A DNA stretch of 32,000 nucleotides from Candidatus Heimdallarchaeota archaeon B3_Heim (GTDB taxonomy: Archaea; Asgardarchaeota; Heimdallarchaeia; Hodarchaeales; Hodarchaeaceae). Positions 1-10,377 of the stretch are shown here, piece after piece. Both the position numbers and the translations under genes were made by a program. The stretch spans positions 6,818 through 38,817 of the forward strand of contig NJBF01000037.1 of NCBI GenBank assembly GCA_003144275.1. The letters run 5' to 3'. How positions within the stretch are numbered: position 1 is the stretch's first letter; each line of letters opens with the position of its first letter. The notes beneath the pieces are model-generated. The model saw only the letters and a program-made list of their open reading frames with translations, had not been told where the DNA came from and ran no database searches.

Positions 1-292
1 TTAGATAGTATATTGAATCAGTGAAATCCCAAGACCAGAAGGTACGCTGATAGCCAACCTCAAAGGTTTCGCTGTACCGAATTGAAAACGGCACTCTTTT
101 AGAAGATTCGAACGTCCTAGAATCCTGACCATAATGAGAGGGTTTGACAACATCGAAAGGTTGAATTATGGTCTCCATCTGTCTTTGAGTGGGAAAAATA
201 TGTGCCTGTGTTTTACCTGTGATTAGTAAACCATTTTGAGTGACTAGACTCAAGAATAAAAAAATAACAGTAAAAATTATTCGTATCTGCAC
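1..292 (-). CDS. Partial secreted/membrane protein running off the left edge (absent from ORF track)
   Basis: Manual translation: open frame from GTG at 292 (GGTGAAGGA RBS-like; alternative ATG at 325) to the edge: VQIRIIFTVIFLFLSLVTQNGLLITG...QRTFWSWDFTDSIYYL; hydrophobic signal-peptide-like N-terminus. Confidence 0.65.
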   Translation of the reverse strand, partial: MQIRIIFTVIFLFLSLVTQNGLLITGKTQAHIFPTQRQMETIIQPFDVVKPSHYGQDSRTFESSKRVPFSIRYSETFEVGYQRTFWSWDFTDSIYYL

Positions 293-710
293 TCCTTCAC
301 CTTTGTTGTGTATTAAATCCAACATCAGGTGGATATGAATAATCGTTGGGTATAATAATCTACATTTTCGAACAGTCGTTCGAAATTTTATTCCAATTTA
401 ATCAATAAATAAAGAGATTGTAATCGCAATGCCTGGCCAACAGGTGTAACTGAGTGTATGACATTAAGGCCTATTCATTCAGGCCACGATATCTTAAAAT
501 CAGGATTAAGTGAATCTTGAGAAAATTCATGAGTCTTCTCCATAACAGAGTGAGGAATGTCTCCCATTGCTTCACAAGAATTAATTCTGAACTCATTGTG
601 TATTTTTAATTAGAGGAATGTTATGCTTTTCGTAGTATATTATTGAGGAAACTTCAAATAGAATAACACCTCTTCGTATGTAGAATAGATTAGAATCTTA
701 AATAAATAGG

Positions 711-3700
711 TTGAATGCATTGCTTTTGTCTAGGATACATAAACAAGCTAGATCTATGGTCTTTTGCCTCCTGATTATATTCATTATAATCCCAGCTCTT
801 AATTTGAATGAATATAATGATTCTAATAATCATATTTTTGATTTTAATTCAATACCATCATTAACTGATAATAATGAAGATCATTATCTGGAAATTGAGC
901 TGAAAAACCCCTTTTTCTCTATTCAACCCTTTCAACAACCTCGCATTCTCTTTGTTGTAGATAATCCCATTTCTCTAAATGTAGATAAAGATGTACGCTT
1001 TTTTGATTTTATGAACAAGTCTTTAAATTACAATGTTGTGTGTCATGAATCCAATGATTCGTATTCATATGAAAATTTTGACGCTATAGTAATTTCAAGT
1101 TCAGTGGGTGAAGAAAGTACCGTTGATTCATTATCGAACGTACCTATCCCGATTTTTACGATGCAAGCTGGTCATAATAATGAGTTCCAGTTGGGAGATG
1201 ACTTTAGTATCAAGGATTCCGATAAATTTTATATTAACGATGGCGATCATTATGTTTCCCAAAATTTCGACAATAAAAGTTTTTTCACTGTATATGGAGC
1301 TGCAGATCCTATTGGGTATATTTATGATTACACTGCCGTGCCTATTGGCGCGGAAATTAACCCAATTGCTGTTAGAGTTGTCAAGAAAGAATCTGTTTAC
1401 TTTCAAGAAGATGCAGTATGGTTAGTATTAGACAAAGGAGACAAAGATTGGAATTTAACTGCTTCTCCCGAAAGAAGAGCTTTTTGGGGGGCATATTTGG
1501 GGAATTCTCTCACTCTAAGTGGTTGGGAAAGTTGGAATCGCACTTTAAGTTGGATCCTTTATGATGACATTCCTGGAAATTCAACCATCAAAGTAGAGGT
1601 CCTCGATCTAGATAATAAGACTGTTTCTAATGCTCAAGTCACTCTTACTGACTCTGGAAATCACTCTGTAAGTTGGAGTCAGAATACCTCAAGTTATGGC
1701 TACACTACTTTTTCAAATGTTCCTTTTGGCTACTACAATATTACTGTGGAGTATGAAGATTCCATTAATACTGATTTACAATTTCTTGAGGTCGCAGGCG
1801 AGCGTACATACGATATAGAACCATTTTTATCTTATACCGTTCAAATAGATGAATATAGTGATAATGATCCCCCGATTATTACCGATATTCAGTTTAATCC
1901 CCTCAATTCAAATTTTTCTGCAAGTATCTATGATGTAAGTAATATAGATCATGTAAATCTAAGTTTAACTGTCAGAGATTCTTCTAATGGTAGCTTACTG
2001 CGGGATACTGTCTATAACATGGTATCACGGAATAATCTCCTCTATTTTAATGATAGTGCCTTGCAAGGATTACCTCTCACTGGATTAAGTGTGCTGTATA
2101 ACATCACTGCAACTGATGTAGCATTAAACATAGAAGTATCAGAAAATAAGTTCTTCACTCTTGGTGATCTAAATGCACCAATAGTCAATAGTTATAATGT
2201 TACTGACAATGAAGATGGCTCATTAGTATTTTACGCAAATATAACTGATACTGAGAGTCTGGTTCAGGATGTAGTTTTAAGAATTAATGATACATATGAA
2301 AATATGTACGTGAATGCATCTGGATACTGGATTTTTGAAAAACCTGCCCACTTTGGGCTAGTATTGAACTATTCAATATTTTCTGCAACTGATAGCGTTG
2401 GGAATGTGAACAACGACAGTATTAATCCGAATTTTGGATTAATTACACCTCAAGATTCTGTAGAACCTTTGATTTATGCTGTTAGTGATACTCTTGATAC
2501 TCATGAAGAAGGCTTCGTGACTTTTAGGGCTACTGTCGAAGAATCAAATGAATTCCAGAGTGGAATAAATGTAAGTAGTGTTTCAGTACTGCTTTCAATA
2601 TTTAATGGTACATTGTGGGATAATGATACTTTTTATCCAATGACGGCACTCGGGGTAATCACATACGAATTTGAATACCATTTTCGCTATAATGATACTG
2701 TGGTTTATCAAATAGTTGCAGCAGATTTAGCAAGAAATTTGAATTTTGGGGATGAACATAATGACACGATAGATGACAATGCTATCCCCAAATTATCCTT
2801 TAATGCTCAAGAGTTTGGTAATGGAGTTGTCGAATTTAATTCTACAGTAGTCGACTGGCCATATAATGCAACAGTTGTCACTCTCCACTTCACCCAGGAC
2901 TATTTTGGAACCTGGTCTAATGTTTCAATGACTAATATTACTGAGAATTTATACATTTTTCAGGTGTCAAATTTTGACTTTCGACTTCAAGATGTTTGGT
3001 ATTATACGACTGCTATTGATCAATCTTCCAATTTATACGAACCTACATCAGATCAATACCAGAAGGTTGAATTAAGCGATATTATTGCACCGCAAATATT
3101 CTTTATTATAGAAAATTCCACCTCAATCGATGGTCAAATTTTCATTACTTCATGGGCAAATGATCCTTATGGAGATACCCCTAATATAAACAACACGTTT
3201 TACATTAATTTTACAAAACAAGGGGTTACTAGTCAATATGAAATGAACTATGATTCATTCTATTTCTATAAATTCAATCATGTATTCAATTATAATGATG
3301 AAATCAACATCGAAATCTGGACAACAGATAGTGTAGGTAATATCGGAAAAATTGACCGTACTATAATAATAGGTGATTTTTCAGCCCCAAAGATTTTGAA
3401 TACAGGTATATTTGAATACCAAAATGGTACTGTGACGTTTTGGGCAGAAGTTATAGAATTTTCAACTGGGAGTGGTCTTCCTGCGGAAAAATCCTCCGTC
3501 AAACTCGAATATGTATTTATTTCCAGCTTTAATGTATCTATGTCGTGGAATGGCTCTGAAAATGTATATATCTATACTGTATCGGGTTTTGTACCTGGAA
3601 ATGCCTTTACTTATCGAGTGAGTGCGTTTGACAACAGTAATAATTCTGCTGTTACTTTTTGGAATAAAGAGAATATTGAAGATAAGACACCTCCTATCAT

Positions 3701-5105
3701 AAATAGCTCGGGATATTCTGAAACGTTAACGAATCATACATTCACACGACTAGACTTTTGGGTAGATGCTATTGATACATTTGGATCTGTAGTTGGAGTG
3801 ACACTTACAGTAAATTATTTCAATACTACATCATGGATAATTGTTGATGGGGAAATGGTCAACACAGGGAGTTATTATGCATATTCTCTTTATTTGTGGT
3901 GTAATACGTCTTTTAATTATAGTATTCAAGTTTATGATGCAAAACCAAATATTATTGTAATAAATGATTCTAACTTAAGGACTTACTGGGGACCAGTAAT
4001 TATCAAGTCAGGTATAAGACAAAATATAGATAATTCTCTGACGGTATGGGCTAATATTTCAGATTGGGGTTCAGGTATTTCTGAAGTTACTTTAGAATAT
4101 GAATTTATACCTCAAGGTGGATCTGGGGGAAATGCTGCACATCTACAGGTTGAAACGATCTCAATGGAGTTTAATGGGAGTTTATATATTTCTGAACTTA
4201 TATTCTCTGAGGCAGGGACGTTAAGCTGGACTATTATCGCAAAGGATGAGCTAAACTCATTTACTGCAACTGAATCATCTCCCCAACCATTTTTTATTTC
4301 TCTACCCACCGAATCAGTGATTTGGGAGGATCTACTACCCGTTATCTTTGCCGTAGCAATTATTCCTTTGGTTATCGTTTTCACTATTGCTAGTGTGAGA
4401 AGGAGACGATCTCGAAGAATTCAACAGAAAAAGGATATAGAAAGAGCATTAGCAAAGCGTTTTACTGATATTTTAAGTATGCGTTCAATAATTTGTCGAA
4501 ATAAACATGGAATTCCTTTTTATACCACAAATTTTATGGCTGAAGACCAAGATTTAGATTTAACTGCTGGTCTTGCATCAGCTGTGTCTAGTCTTGTATC
4601 TGAAGTATCACAAAGAGCGATGAAAAAAGGTGAATTCGATCTTATAGAACGAGAAGGTTTTAGCATACTATCTCATCATGGGGAATACTCTACTATTAGT
4701 TTAGTTTCTGAAGGAAAATTAAGCCTATATATGAGAGACAGAATCTCCAAACTTCACAATGAACTGGAATCTCGTTTCACTCAAGAACAACTCGAGGATC
4801 CGATGTTTGGAGATCATCCTGAACTTATTCGAGGATTGGTATATAAATACTTGAATGTTGGTTTACTCAGTAAATTAACTATTGATTTTCAACGTTTCAA
4901 AGAGCTTGAGAAGGATTTCAGTGAAGATGAAAGAAAATTCATAACCTATCTTGCTGAAATACCACCGCTAGACGATGGTCAAATTTCATTTTACGTAACG
5001 ACTTTTACATCCTCCATTACTCGTCATGGAGCGTCCTTGGCATTAGCCTACACGCTGTTAGAAAAATGCTTCAAACTAAGAATTATCTATCCTATCACAT
5101 TTTGA
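711..5105 (+). CDS. Large single-pass surface protein: signal/anchor, GATase-like alpha/beta domain, carboxypeptidase-regulatory-like domain, ~8 Ig-like repeats, TM helix, cytoplasmic longin-like domain
   Basis: Repeats start with D-x-x-[PA]P-x-I (DNDPPII, DLNAPIV, DSVEPLI, DIIAPQI, DFSAPKI, DKTPPII) and end in A-x-D-x-x-x-N-type strands; TM LLPVIFAVAIIPLVIVFTIASV followed by RRRRSRR; cytoplasmic IICRNKHGIPFY...DLTAGLASAVSSLVSEV...EFDLIEREGFSILSHHG longin-like pattern. Start may be the ATG of MVFCLL. Confidence 0.8.
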   Translation: MNALLLSRIHKQARSMVFCLLIIFIIIPALNLNEYNDSNNHIFDFNSIPSLTDNNEDHYLEIELKNPFFSIQPFQQPRILFVVDNPISLNVDKDVRFFDFMNKSLNYNVVCHESNDSYSYENFDAIVISSSVGEESTVDSLSNVPIPIFTMQAGHNNEFQLGDDFSIKDSDKFYINDGDHYVSQNFDNKSFFTVYGAADPIGYIYDYTAVPIGAEINPIAVRVVKKESVYFQEDAVWLVLDKGDKDWNLTASPERRAFWGAYLGNSLTLSGWESWNRTLSWILYDDIPGNSTIKVEVLDLDNKTVSNAQVTLTDSGNHSVSWSQNTSSYGYTTFSNVPFGYYNITVEYEDSINTDLQFLEVAGERTYDIEPFLSYTVQIDEYSDNDPPIITDIQFNPLNSNFSASIYDVSNIDHVNLSLTVRDSSNGSLLRDTVYNMVSRNNLLYFNDSALQGLPLTGLSVLYNITATDVALNIEVSENKFFTLGDLNAPIVNSYNVTDNEDGSLVFYANITDTESLVQDVVLRINDTYENMYVNASGYWIFEKPAHFGLVLNYSIFSATDSVGNVNNDSINPNFGLITPQDSVEPLIYAVSDTLDTHEEGFVTFRATVEESNEFQSGINVSSVSVLLSIFNGTLWDNDTFYPMTALGVITYEFEYHFRYNDTVVYQIVAADLARNLNFGDEHNDTIDDNAIPKLSFNAQEFGNGVVEFNSTVVDWPYNATVVTLHFTQDYFGTWSNVSMTNITENLYIFQVSNFDFRLQDVWYYTTAIDQSSNLYEPTSDQYQKVELSDIIAPQIFFIIENSTSIDGQIFITSWANDPYGDTPNINNTFYINFTKQGVTSQYEMNYDSFYFYKFNHVFNYNDEINIEIWTTDSVGNIGKIDRTIIIGDFSAPKILNTGIFEYQNGTVTFWAEVIEFSTGSGLPAEKSSVKLEYVFISSFNVSMSWNGSENVYIYTVSGFVPGNAFTYRVSAFDNSNNSAVTFWNKENIEDKTPPIINSSGYSETLTNHTFTRLDFWVDAIDTFGSVVGVTLTVNYFNTTSWIIVDGEMVNTGSYYAYSLYLWCNTSFNYSIQVYDAKPNIIVINDSNLRTYWGPVIIKSGIRQNIDNSLTVWANISDWGSGISEVTLEYEFIPQGGSGGNAAHLQVETISMEFNGSLYISELIFSEAGTLSWTIIAKDELNSFTATESSPQPFFISLPTESVIWEDLLPVIFAVAIIPLVIVFTIASVRRRRSRRIQQKKDIERALAKRFTDILSMRSIICRNKHGIPFYTTNFMAEDQDLDLTAGLASAVSSLVSEVSQRAMKKGEFDLIEREGFSILSHHGEYSTISLVSEGKLSLYMRDRISKLHNELESRFTQEQLEDPMFGDHPELIRGLVYKYLNVGLLSKLTIDFQRFKELEKDFSEDERKFITYLAEIPPLDDGQISFYVTTFTSSITRHGASLALAYTLLEKCFKLRIIYPITF

Positions 5106-5157
5106 GATGAAAGGAAAGCCGTGGCGTAATTCTGTTAGAAATGAAAGAATTTTGACC

Positions 5158-5430
5158 TCATCGCCATCGTTTGAGAGTTGGGAGGAGGAATTCGAGATAA
5201 TTTTTCGCTTCTTCCAATGTCATATTTCGAGATTTTGATGTAGAAGCAACCGTTAGCTCAATCATTTCCTTAATACTAATTTCAGGTTCAGTAAATCTGC
5301 CAGTTTCGAAACAATCACCGCAATAATCGTTACTTAACGTTCCATCTGCTTGAGTACCTTTATCATCAGGATTTTCTAGGGAAATAGCGCAGCTTTGACA
5401 TATTGGTTTTGTTGGTTTTTTAAAAGTCAA
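5158..5430 (-). CDS. Zinc-ribbon domain protein (Zn_ribbon_2-like)
   Basis: CQSCAISL...GTQADGTLSNDYCGDCFETGRFTEP...EMIE pattern. Confidence 0.85.
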   Translation of the reverse strand: MTFKKPTKPICQSCAISLENPDDKGTQADGTLSNDYCGDCFETGRFTEPEISIKEMIELTVASTSKSRNMTLEEAKNYLEFLLPTLKRWR

Positions 5431-5501
5431 TTTCCGTCATCCTCATCTATCCCTGTTTGTGTTTTAAAAATATATATCGCGGTAAAAAACTCAATACTAT
5501 T

Positions 5502-6206
5502 TTAATCAACGATTTTCACAAGTAAATTATGTAGAGAATCCATATTTAAGCAATGGTTTAAGCAGACATCAATAATTTTTGAATTTATAAACCTAGCAGG
5601 CTCAATAGATGGAGAAATAGCATAGAGTCCATTAAAAAGGAGATATTTAGCTCTTGGGTGAGAATTATCATATCCTCGTGGTGTTCGTTTATAATGCAAA
5701 CCTCCTATATTATAATTTAACCCATTGAGAGACTCGATAACTGTTTCTATCTCCTCACCTTGTTTTGAAACTACTATTTTTCGGTATTTGTCAAGAGATA
5801 ATTTATCAAAACGGTGTAATCCGCCATAAACCCATCCACCTGAAGCATCAAATCCTATAAAAAAACCAGGATGATTCATCTTCTTTCCTGTTCCTTCCCA
5901 AAAGACGGTACGAAGCCTTGTGTTATAGGGAGTTTTATCTTTTTTAAATCGAATATCTCGATGGATTCGCATAATGGAACCAGAGCCGTTTAGCCGTAAA
6001 TCATATCTGATTTCCGTAGATATGTTTTCTTGTAAACTTTCACCTAAGGTAACAACAAATGATTTTGCAGGGTTAATTATATACTCTAGATATTCCTGCT
6101 TATGGTTATTAAACCATTCTCGGTTATTATTTAGTTTTAATTCAGTTAGGAAATCCAAAGTTTCCTTGGGAAACCCTGAAAAATTATTTAGATCCTTCAT
6201 TGACAT
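5502..6206 (-). CDS. DUF2461 (TIGR02453-like) family protein
   Basis: FSGFPKETLDFLTELKLNNNREWF...KQEY; MRIHRDIRFKKDKTPY; LHYKRTPRGY. Confidence 0.9.
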   Translation of the reverse strand: MSMKDLNNFSGFPKETLDFLTELKLNNNREWFNNHKQEYLEYIINPAKSFVVTLGESLQENISTEIRYDLRLNGSGSIMRIHRDIRFKKDKTPYNTRLRTVFWEGTGKKMNHPGFFIGFDASGGWVYGGLHRFDKLSLDKYRKIVVSKQGEEIETVIESLNGLNYNIGGLHYKRTPRGYDNSHPRAKYLLFNGLYAISPSIEPARFINSKIIDVCLNHCLNMDSLHNLLVKIVD

Positions 6207-6371
6207 TCAAATATAATCATTGATATCCTTCTTCCCATGTAATAATTGGGGGAGGCAGCTAAAGCAGGTCCAAGTATTTTTCTGTTTGTAAGAAATTGAG
6301 ATCAATGGTATTTCGTCTTCAGATGTTTCACAGCAGACACATTTTGCTATCGTTTGATTCTGATTTGTCAT
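6207..6371 (-). CDS. Small 54-aa Cys-rich putative zinc-finger protein (below ORF-track cutoff)
   Basis: Manual translation MTNQNQTIAKCVCCETSEDEIPLISISYKQKNTWTCFSCLPQLLHGKKDINDYI; two CxxC pairs; stop abuts the DUF2461 ATG (TGA ATG). Confidence 0.8.
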   Translation of the reverse strand: MTNQNQTIAKCVCCETSEDEIPLISISYKQKNTWTCFSCLPQLLHGKKDINDYI

Positions 6372-6602
6372 CGTTCTTCACTCTAGTATGTGATTACTCG
6401 TAGTTTACCCTTTAATCCTGTCATTAAATAAGTAACTTCCCGATTTACAGAATCACATTCTTGATACTTGTCTATTATTTGTGTAGAGATTGATCGTTAA
6501 AGTGGAACGAAACATTTAATAGGAGATCTTTCAACTAGATGAGGCAAATATGATCAAACAATTACTCGTGATGACTGTTTTCATTTCCATAAATTTAATT
6601 CA

Positions 6603-7190
6603 TTGGAGGTAAAAATATTACCCGTTTGTCGCTCGTGTCATAATTATGTAATGAAGATAGATAAATCTCATCCTTGTCCTCATTGCGGGAATGAAGAACC
6701 GCTTACAAAAGATCGTGAGATTAAATCTGTCATCCCAAATGATTTAATGCATAACTTTGGGGACAATCTTACTGATTTAGCAAATAGAACAAGTTCACTA
6801 AGCTTTGAAGAAATATATGGGGATATCGCTTCTCTTCCAAAAATTTCTAATCTAATAAAAAAGGATCTTGGGGCAGAGAAAATTCAGTCTAGATTGGTGT
6901 CCCAGAACCTACCCCTTGAATTTTTATTTCCTCACCTTGAAAATGCGACCCTTGATCCTGCTTCATTGAAAGTATTCTTCCAATTAGCAGTCGAGTACCA
7001 GATAATTCTAAAAAATGCTTCTACTTTTCAGGAGGGGATGTATCGGTGGAGTCTAATTCTTCCTGATCGTCTACAGAAATTTGGATTGACTCTCGAAGCT
7101 TGGAATAAAATCAGTAGTGTTGGAGACAACGATCCAATAATCCAAGGTGAATTAAGGAAAATCATGAATACGATTAATGAGCCTCTATAA
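6603..7190 (+). CDS. Hypothetical protein with N-terminal Cys4 zinc finger
   Basis: CRSC...CPHC near the N-terminus; 195-aa open frame. Confidence 0.65.
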   Translation: MEVKILPVCRSCHNYVMKIDKSHPCPHCGNEEPLTKDREIKSVIPNDLMHNFGDNLTDLANRTSSLSFEEIYGDIASLPKISNLIKKDLGAEKIQSRLVSQNLPLEFLFPHLENATLDPASLKVFFQLAVEYQIILKNASTFQEGMYRWSLILPDRLQKFGLTLEAWNKISSVGDNDPIIQGELRKIMNTINEPL

Positions 7191-7331
7191 TTTACATCTC
7201 TGCTCTTTTTCTTTTAAATGTCGATTTTGAGGATCTAGATTCTTTGCTAAGCATGGAAAAAAAGAATCAACCTGAATCCATAGATATTCATACTTTATGA
7301 ATGTATCTACTGAACTAGGTTAGTTTGGATG

Positions 7332-7829
7332 CTATTTAATAGCTTGAAACTTCTCGTTAGATGGATCGCTTAGAATTTTTGTTCTTTCAGCCTCAAATTG
7401 TTCTTGGGTTAATATTCCCCTTTCTTTTAGTGCCCCTAACCTTTCTAGTTGACTGATACGATCTTTTGAACGGAAGTTTCTATCAATTGAAGATGATATC
7501 TCTTTATCAACGATAATGGCGCCTTTTCCCATACTGTAGGTGAGTAATAACAATAGAAATCCCACAGCTACCAAAACAATTCCAATTACGATCAATAATG
7601 GGGTTACTAATTCAGGACTGTCAATAAAAATTTGTGCACCTACTCCTTCTATAGTCATAGAATTCACAACCTCCGGAAACACCAGAGGAATCCAAGATAA
7701 CGCCAGTATTATCCCACCCGCAAGTGCTAAGGCAAACCCTGTCACTCCAAGTGTGAACATTAGTAATCCAACGAAAAATCCTCCAATCCCTCTATATCCC
7801 AATTTTATCAAACTTGCACTATCACTCAT
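7332..7829 (-). CDS. Membrane protein with C-terminal SHOCT domain
   Basis: Hydrophobic helices followed by ISQLERLGALKERGILTQEQFEAERTKIL. Confidence 0.85.
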   Translation of the reverse strand: MSDSASLIKLGYRGIGGFFVGLLMFTLGVTGFALALAGGIILALSWIPLVFPEVVNSMTIEGVGAQIFIDSPELVTPLLIVIGIVLVAVGFLLLLLTYSMGKGAIIVDKEISSSIDRNFRSKDRISQLERLGALKERGILTQEQFEAERTKILSDPSNEKFQAIK

Positions 7830-8104
7830 AATAAATCACATTTCGAAAAGTTACTCTTATGATAGAAGTAATAAATTTGGTGTATATATTATAATTGATC
7901 TAGTGACATGACCTGCTCTCTGCCTAGCTATTTCTTTCAATCAACCTTAATAGCTACTTGAAATATTAAAAGAAAGGTCAAATTTCTTGCTATTGCTAGC
8001 CCTAGAGGATTTAAATTTGCTTTTAGAAAACCACCGGTGACAATATAGAGAGGAAAGTTTAGGGACAAAAATTACTCTGAATAACATTCTGCGAGGGGGA
8101 GTTA

Positions 8105-8311
8105 TCAGAATGAGGATCGAATATTGAAGTAAACGGTAAAGTAAAAATTCTTCAATTGGATAAACTGATCAAGTTTGTCTTCGTATTGAAGTCTTTCCGA
8201 TTTATTCTGATTTTCGGAGAAAATTTTTTCCTCTTTTTTACATTCTGCCAATATTTTATCGTAAAATGCTAATCGGTGATCCATATTTTCCCAGAAGTTT
8301 GGATTAAGCAT
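8105..8311 (-). CDS. Small hypothetical protein
   Basis: 68-aa ORF with GAGGA upstream; no recognisable motif. Confidence 0.35.
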   Translation of the reverse strand: MLNPNFWENMDHRLAFYDKILAECKKEEKIFSENQNKSERLQYEDKLDQFIQLKNFYFTVYFNIRSSF

Positions 8312-8600
8312 AATTCATTTCCTCTTCTATATTTACCAATTAACCAATATGTATACATCTTAATAAACTAGAATGAAACAATATTCCGCAGAGGATTATT
8401 CTCTGATGATTTATCTAGAGAAAAGAAAAGCTAAAATGGCTTTATTACCTCACTCGTAATGAAATTAATTTCAAAATAGGATAAAATTCGTTAACTTTGG
8501 CTTCTATATCTATGTAAAAATTTTTAGGGTTTAATTTCATAACAATATTTTTAGACATATCAGCCTCACTTGAAATTCAAATTGAAAATGGTGTACTAAC

Positions 8601-8909
8601 ATGGAAGAAAAAGAATCAATCCTTTACGTTGTTTTAGTAGCAATTACATTGATGATAATGCCAGGAACACTCAACAAGGACAATGCTCTTTATGAAATAT
8701 CTTTATTAGCAATATTAGGGGCAGAAATCTTATTAGCTATAGCAATGGTATTGCTAGCAGTTAAAAATATCCCTTTTCTCACTCCATATCTTCCAGTAGG
8801 ATTAGGAGATAACGTTGTCAAGCTATTAGCTTGGACTGGAGTATTTATTGTAGGGATTTTGTTTGTAATCATCAGTTGGTTAGATTCATTAGATTTATTA
8901 GCAGCTTAG
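8601..8909 (+). CDS. Small 3-TM membrane protein
   Basis: Three hydrophobic segments; GGTG upstream of ATG. Confidence 0.7.
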   Translation: MEEKESILYVVLVAITLMIMPGTLNKDNALYEISLLAILGAEILLAIAMVLLAVKNIPFLTPYLPVGLGDNVVKLLAWTGVFIVGILFVIISWLDSLDLLAA

Positions 8910-8929
8910 AGGAAAATTCGCATTTATCG

Positions 8930-9328
8930 CTATTTTATTTGTTTCATGGCAAAATAAACTTTTAGCATATTATCAAGAGAACCCTCGAATTCAGAAAATA
9001 TACTAGGTTCAATTAATCCTTCTTGGAGATACCCTGCATATTCTTCAAAAAACTGGGTCAAGATCACTTTCATTAGCATGTTTAATTTTCGTTTAGTTGC
9101 ACGTTGTGGAGTTGTAACAATTGCTACAAGAATGGGTCTAATAATTTTATAGATTATTAAATGTTGATCGAGTTTTATTTCTTGAATTGCTTCTCCCATG
9201 ATTCTTTCAGCAAAGTTCGCTATAGCGATAAGAAATCCGCTGATCATATTTGGCTCTGAATCCCCAGTAAAATAGTGCCTCGATACCAAACATAAACCTG
9301 ATTCATGGATTACGTAAATGTCACGAAT
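8930..9328 (-). CDS. Stand-alone longin-like domain protein
   Basis: Frame stays open upstream of the called TTG (9289), giving IRDIYVIHESGLCLVSRHYF...NMISGFLIAIANFAERIMGEAIQEIKL...LIIYK...VAIV; typical Asgard longin-like pattern. True start uncertain. Confidence 0.75.
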   Translation of the reverse strand: MRDIYVIHESGLCLVSRHYFTGDSEPNMISGFLIAIANFAERIMGEAIQEIKLDQHLIIYKIIRPILVAIVTTPQRATKRKLNMLMKVILTQFFEEYAGYLQEGLIEPSIFSEFEGSLDNMLKVYFAMKQIK

Positions 9329-9582
9329 CGGAAGTTTCTTGGTATACTTCGAAGGGGAAATGGGTTTTCAACTCCAACCTATGTTGAGATAATTTCTCCA
9401 CAAAAGAGGGTGGTCACTTTCAAGTATCCCCTTACGCTCCTAGTTTATAACGTACCCAGCTATCGGAATAAGACACATTATTTGGATGAGTGTCATACTT
9501 ATTTGGTTGAGGAAATGAAGAATGTCACGGTTTCGTTTCAAAAAAAAGGGGTTATCTAGTCATTTTCTACTACAAGAATCAT

Positions 9583-10074
9583 TTATTCACATTGTTTGGG
9601 AATGCGATTCATCCCACTGACTTTTGAATGGAAAAAATGAATATTTACAAATCGTTTCAATCCAGGTATTTTTCTGTGACCCATCATACAAGATGACCCA
9701 TTGCTCATTCCATTATCATCACAGATCGCAATACTCTCTTTTGAAATCGTTCCTGGCATAAACCAGATTGCTGGTTTTGGATTTAAATTTGCAGCTTCTT
9801 TCACAACCTCAGTTGTTAACTCTTTCTTGTGAACTACGATAACTACATCTACTGGCTCAGGAAGAGATTTTAGTGTAGGATAAGTAGGTTCACCTTCTAC
9901 TAACTCTTTATCTTCAACAACAGGATAAACTGTATTAACACAATACCAAGAGTCTTCCAACCCTGATTTGAAAAGTCGAAATCCTTTGCTGGATAGTCCT
10001 CCAGTAAATGTTCCTACAATCGCATATTTCATATCTGTGGTAAATCCGTGATCTATTTCAACCATACTACTCAT
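9583..10074 (-). CDS. CoA-binding domain protein (CoA_binding_2-like)
   Basis: YAIVG...VYPV...YPTLKSLPEPVDVVIVV...AIWFMPG...CMM. Confidence 0.8.
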   Translation of the reverse strand: MSSMVEIDHGFTTDMKYAIVGTFTGGLSSKGFRLFKSGLEDSWYCVNTVYPVVEDKELVEGEPTYPTLKSLPEPVDVVIVVHKKELTTEVVKEAANLNPKPAIWFMPGTISKESIAICDDNGMSNGSSCMMGHRKIPGLKRFVNIHFFHSKVSGMNRIPKQCE

Positions 10075-10377
10075 CTCACAAATTACAGCTTATTTTATGA
10101 AAACTGCTTAGTGATTTATATTTGTGAACATAAAGGTAACCAAACATTTGGTTGATAAAGTTTGGTGATGCATTTATTTATGGAGATGATGCAAGCGCTA
10201 GAGAAGTGGTGAGTGAGCAAGCAAACGATTTAGGACTCAATGTTGTAGATCTCAGACCTTTGACCTAAGCACGCTAGTTAGAACCATTGGCAATGCTATG
10301 GATTTTTAGGCTTATCAACAAGGTTATGGATCAGAAATGGCCTTTACGCTCCTAACTAAATAGAAGACTATCTCATT

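Noticed and set aside
1108-4384. Nested or antisense ORFs here and throughout the window (e.g. 5974, 7540, 8690, 13483, 14660, 16060, 17288, 17948, 20243, 20719, 22482, 22643, 23001, 23228, 23848, 26216, 26461, 26582, 27159, 28275, 28503, 30112, 30613)
   Set aside because: Shadows of well-supported genes with no independent motifs
9305-9559. 84-aa plus-strand ORF
   Set aside because: Overlaps the probable 5' end of the longin gene on the opposite strand; no motifs
10160-10370. Short frame LIKFGDAFIYGDDASAREVV... and possible structured RNA
   Set aside because: Only 38 codons, no motif, and no convincing stems
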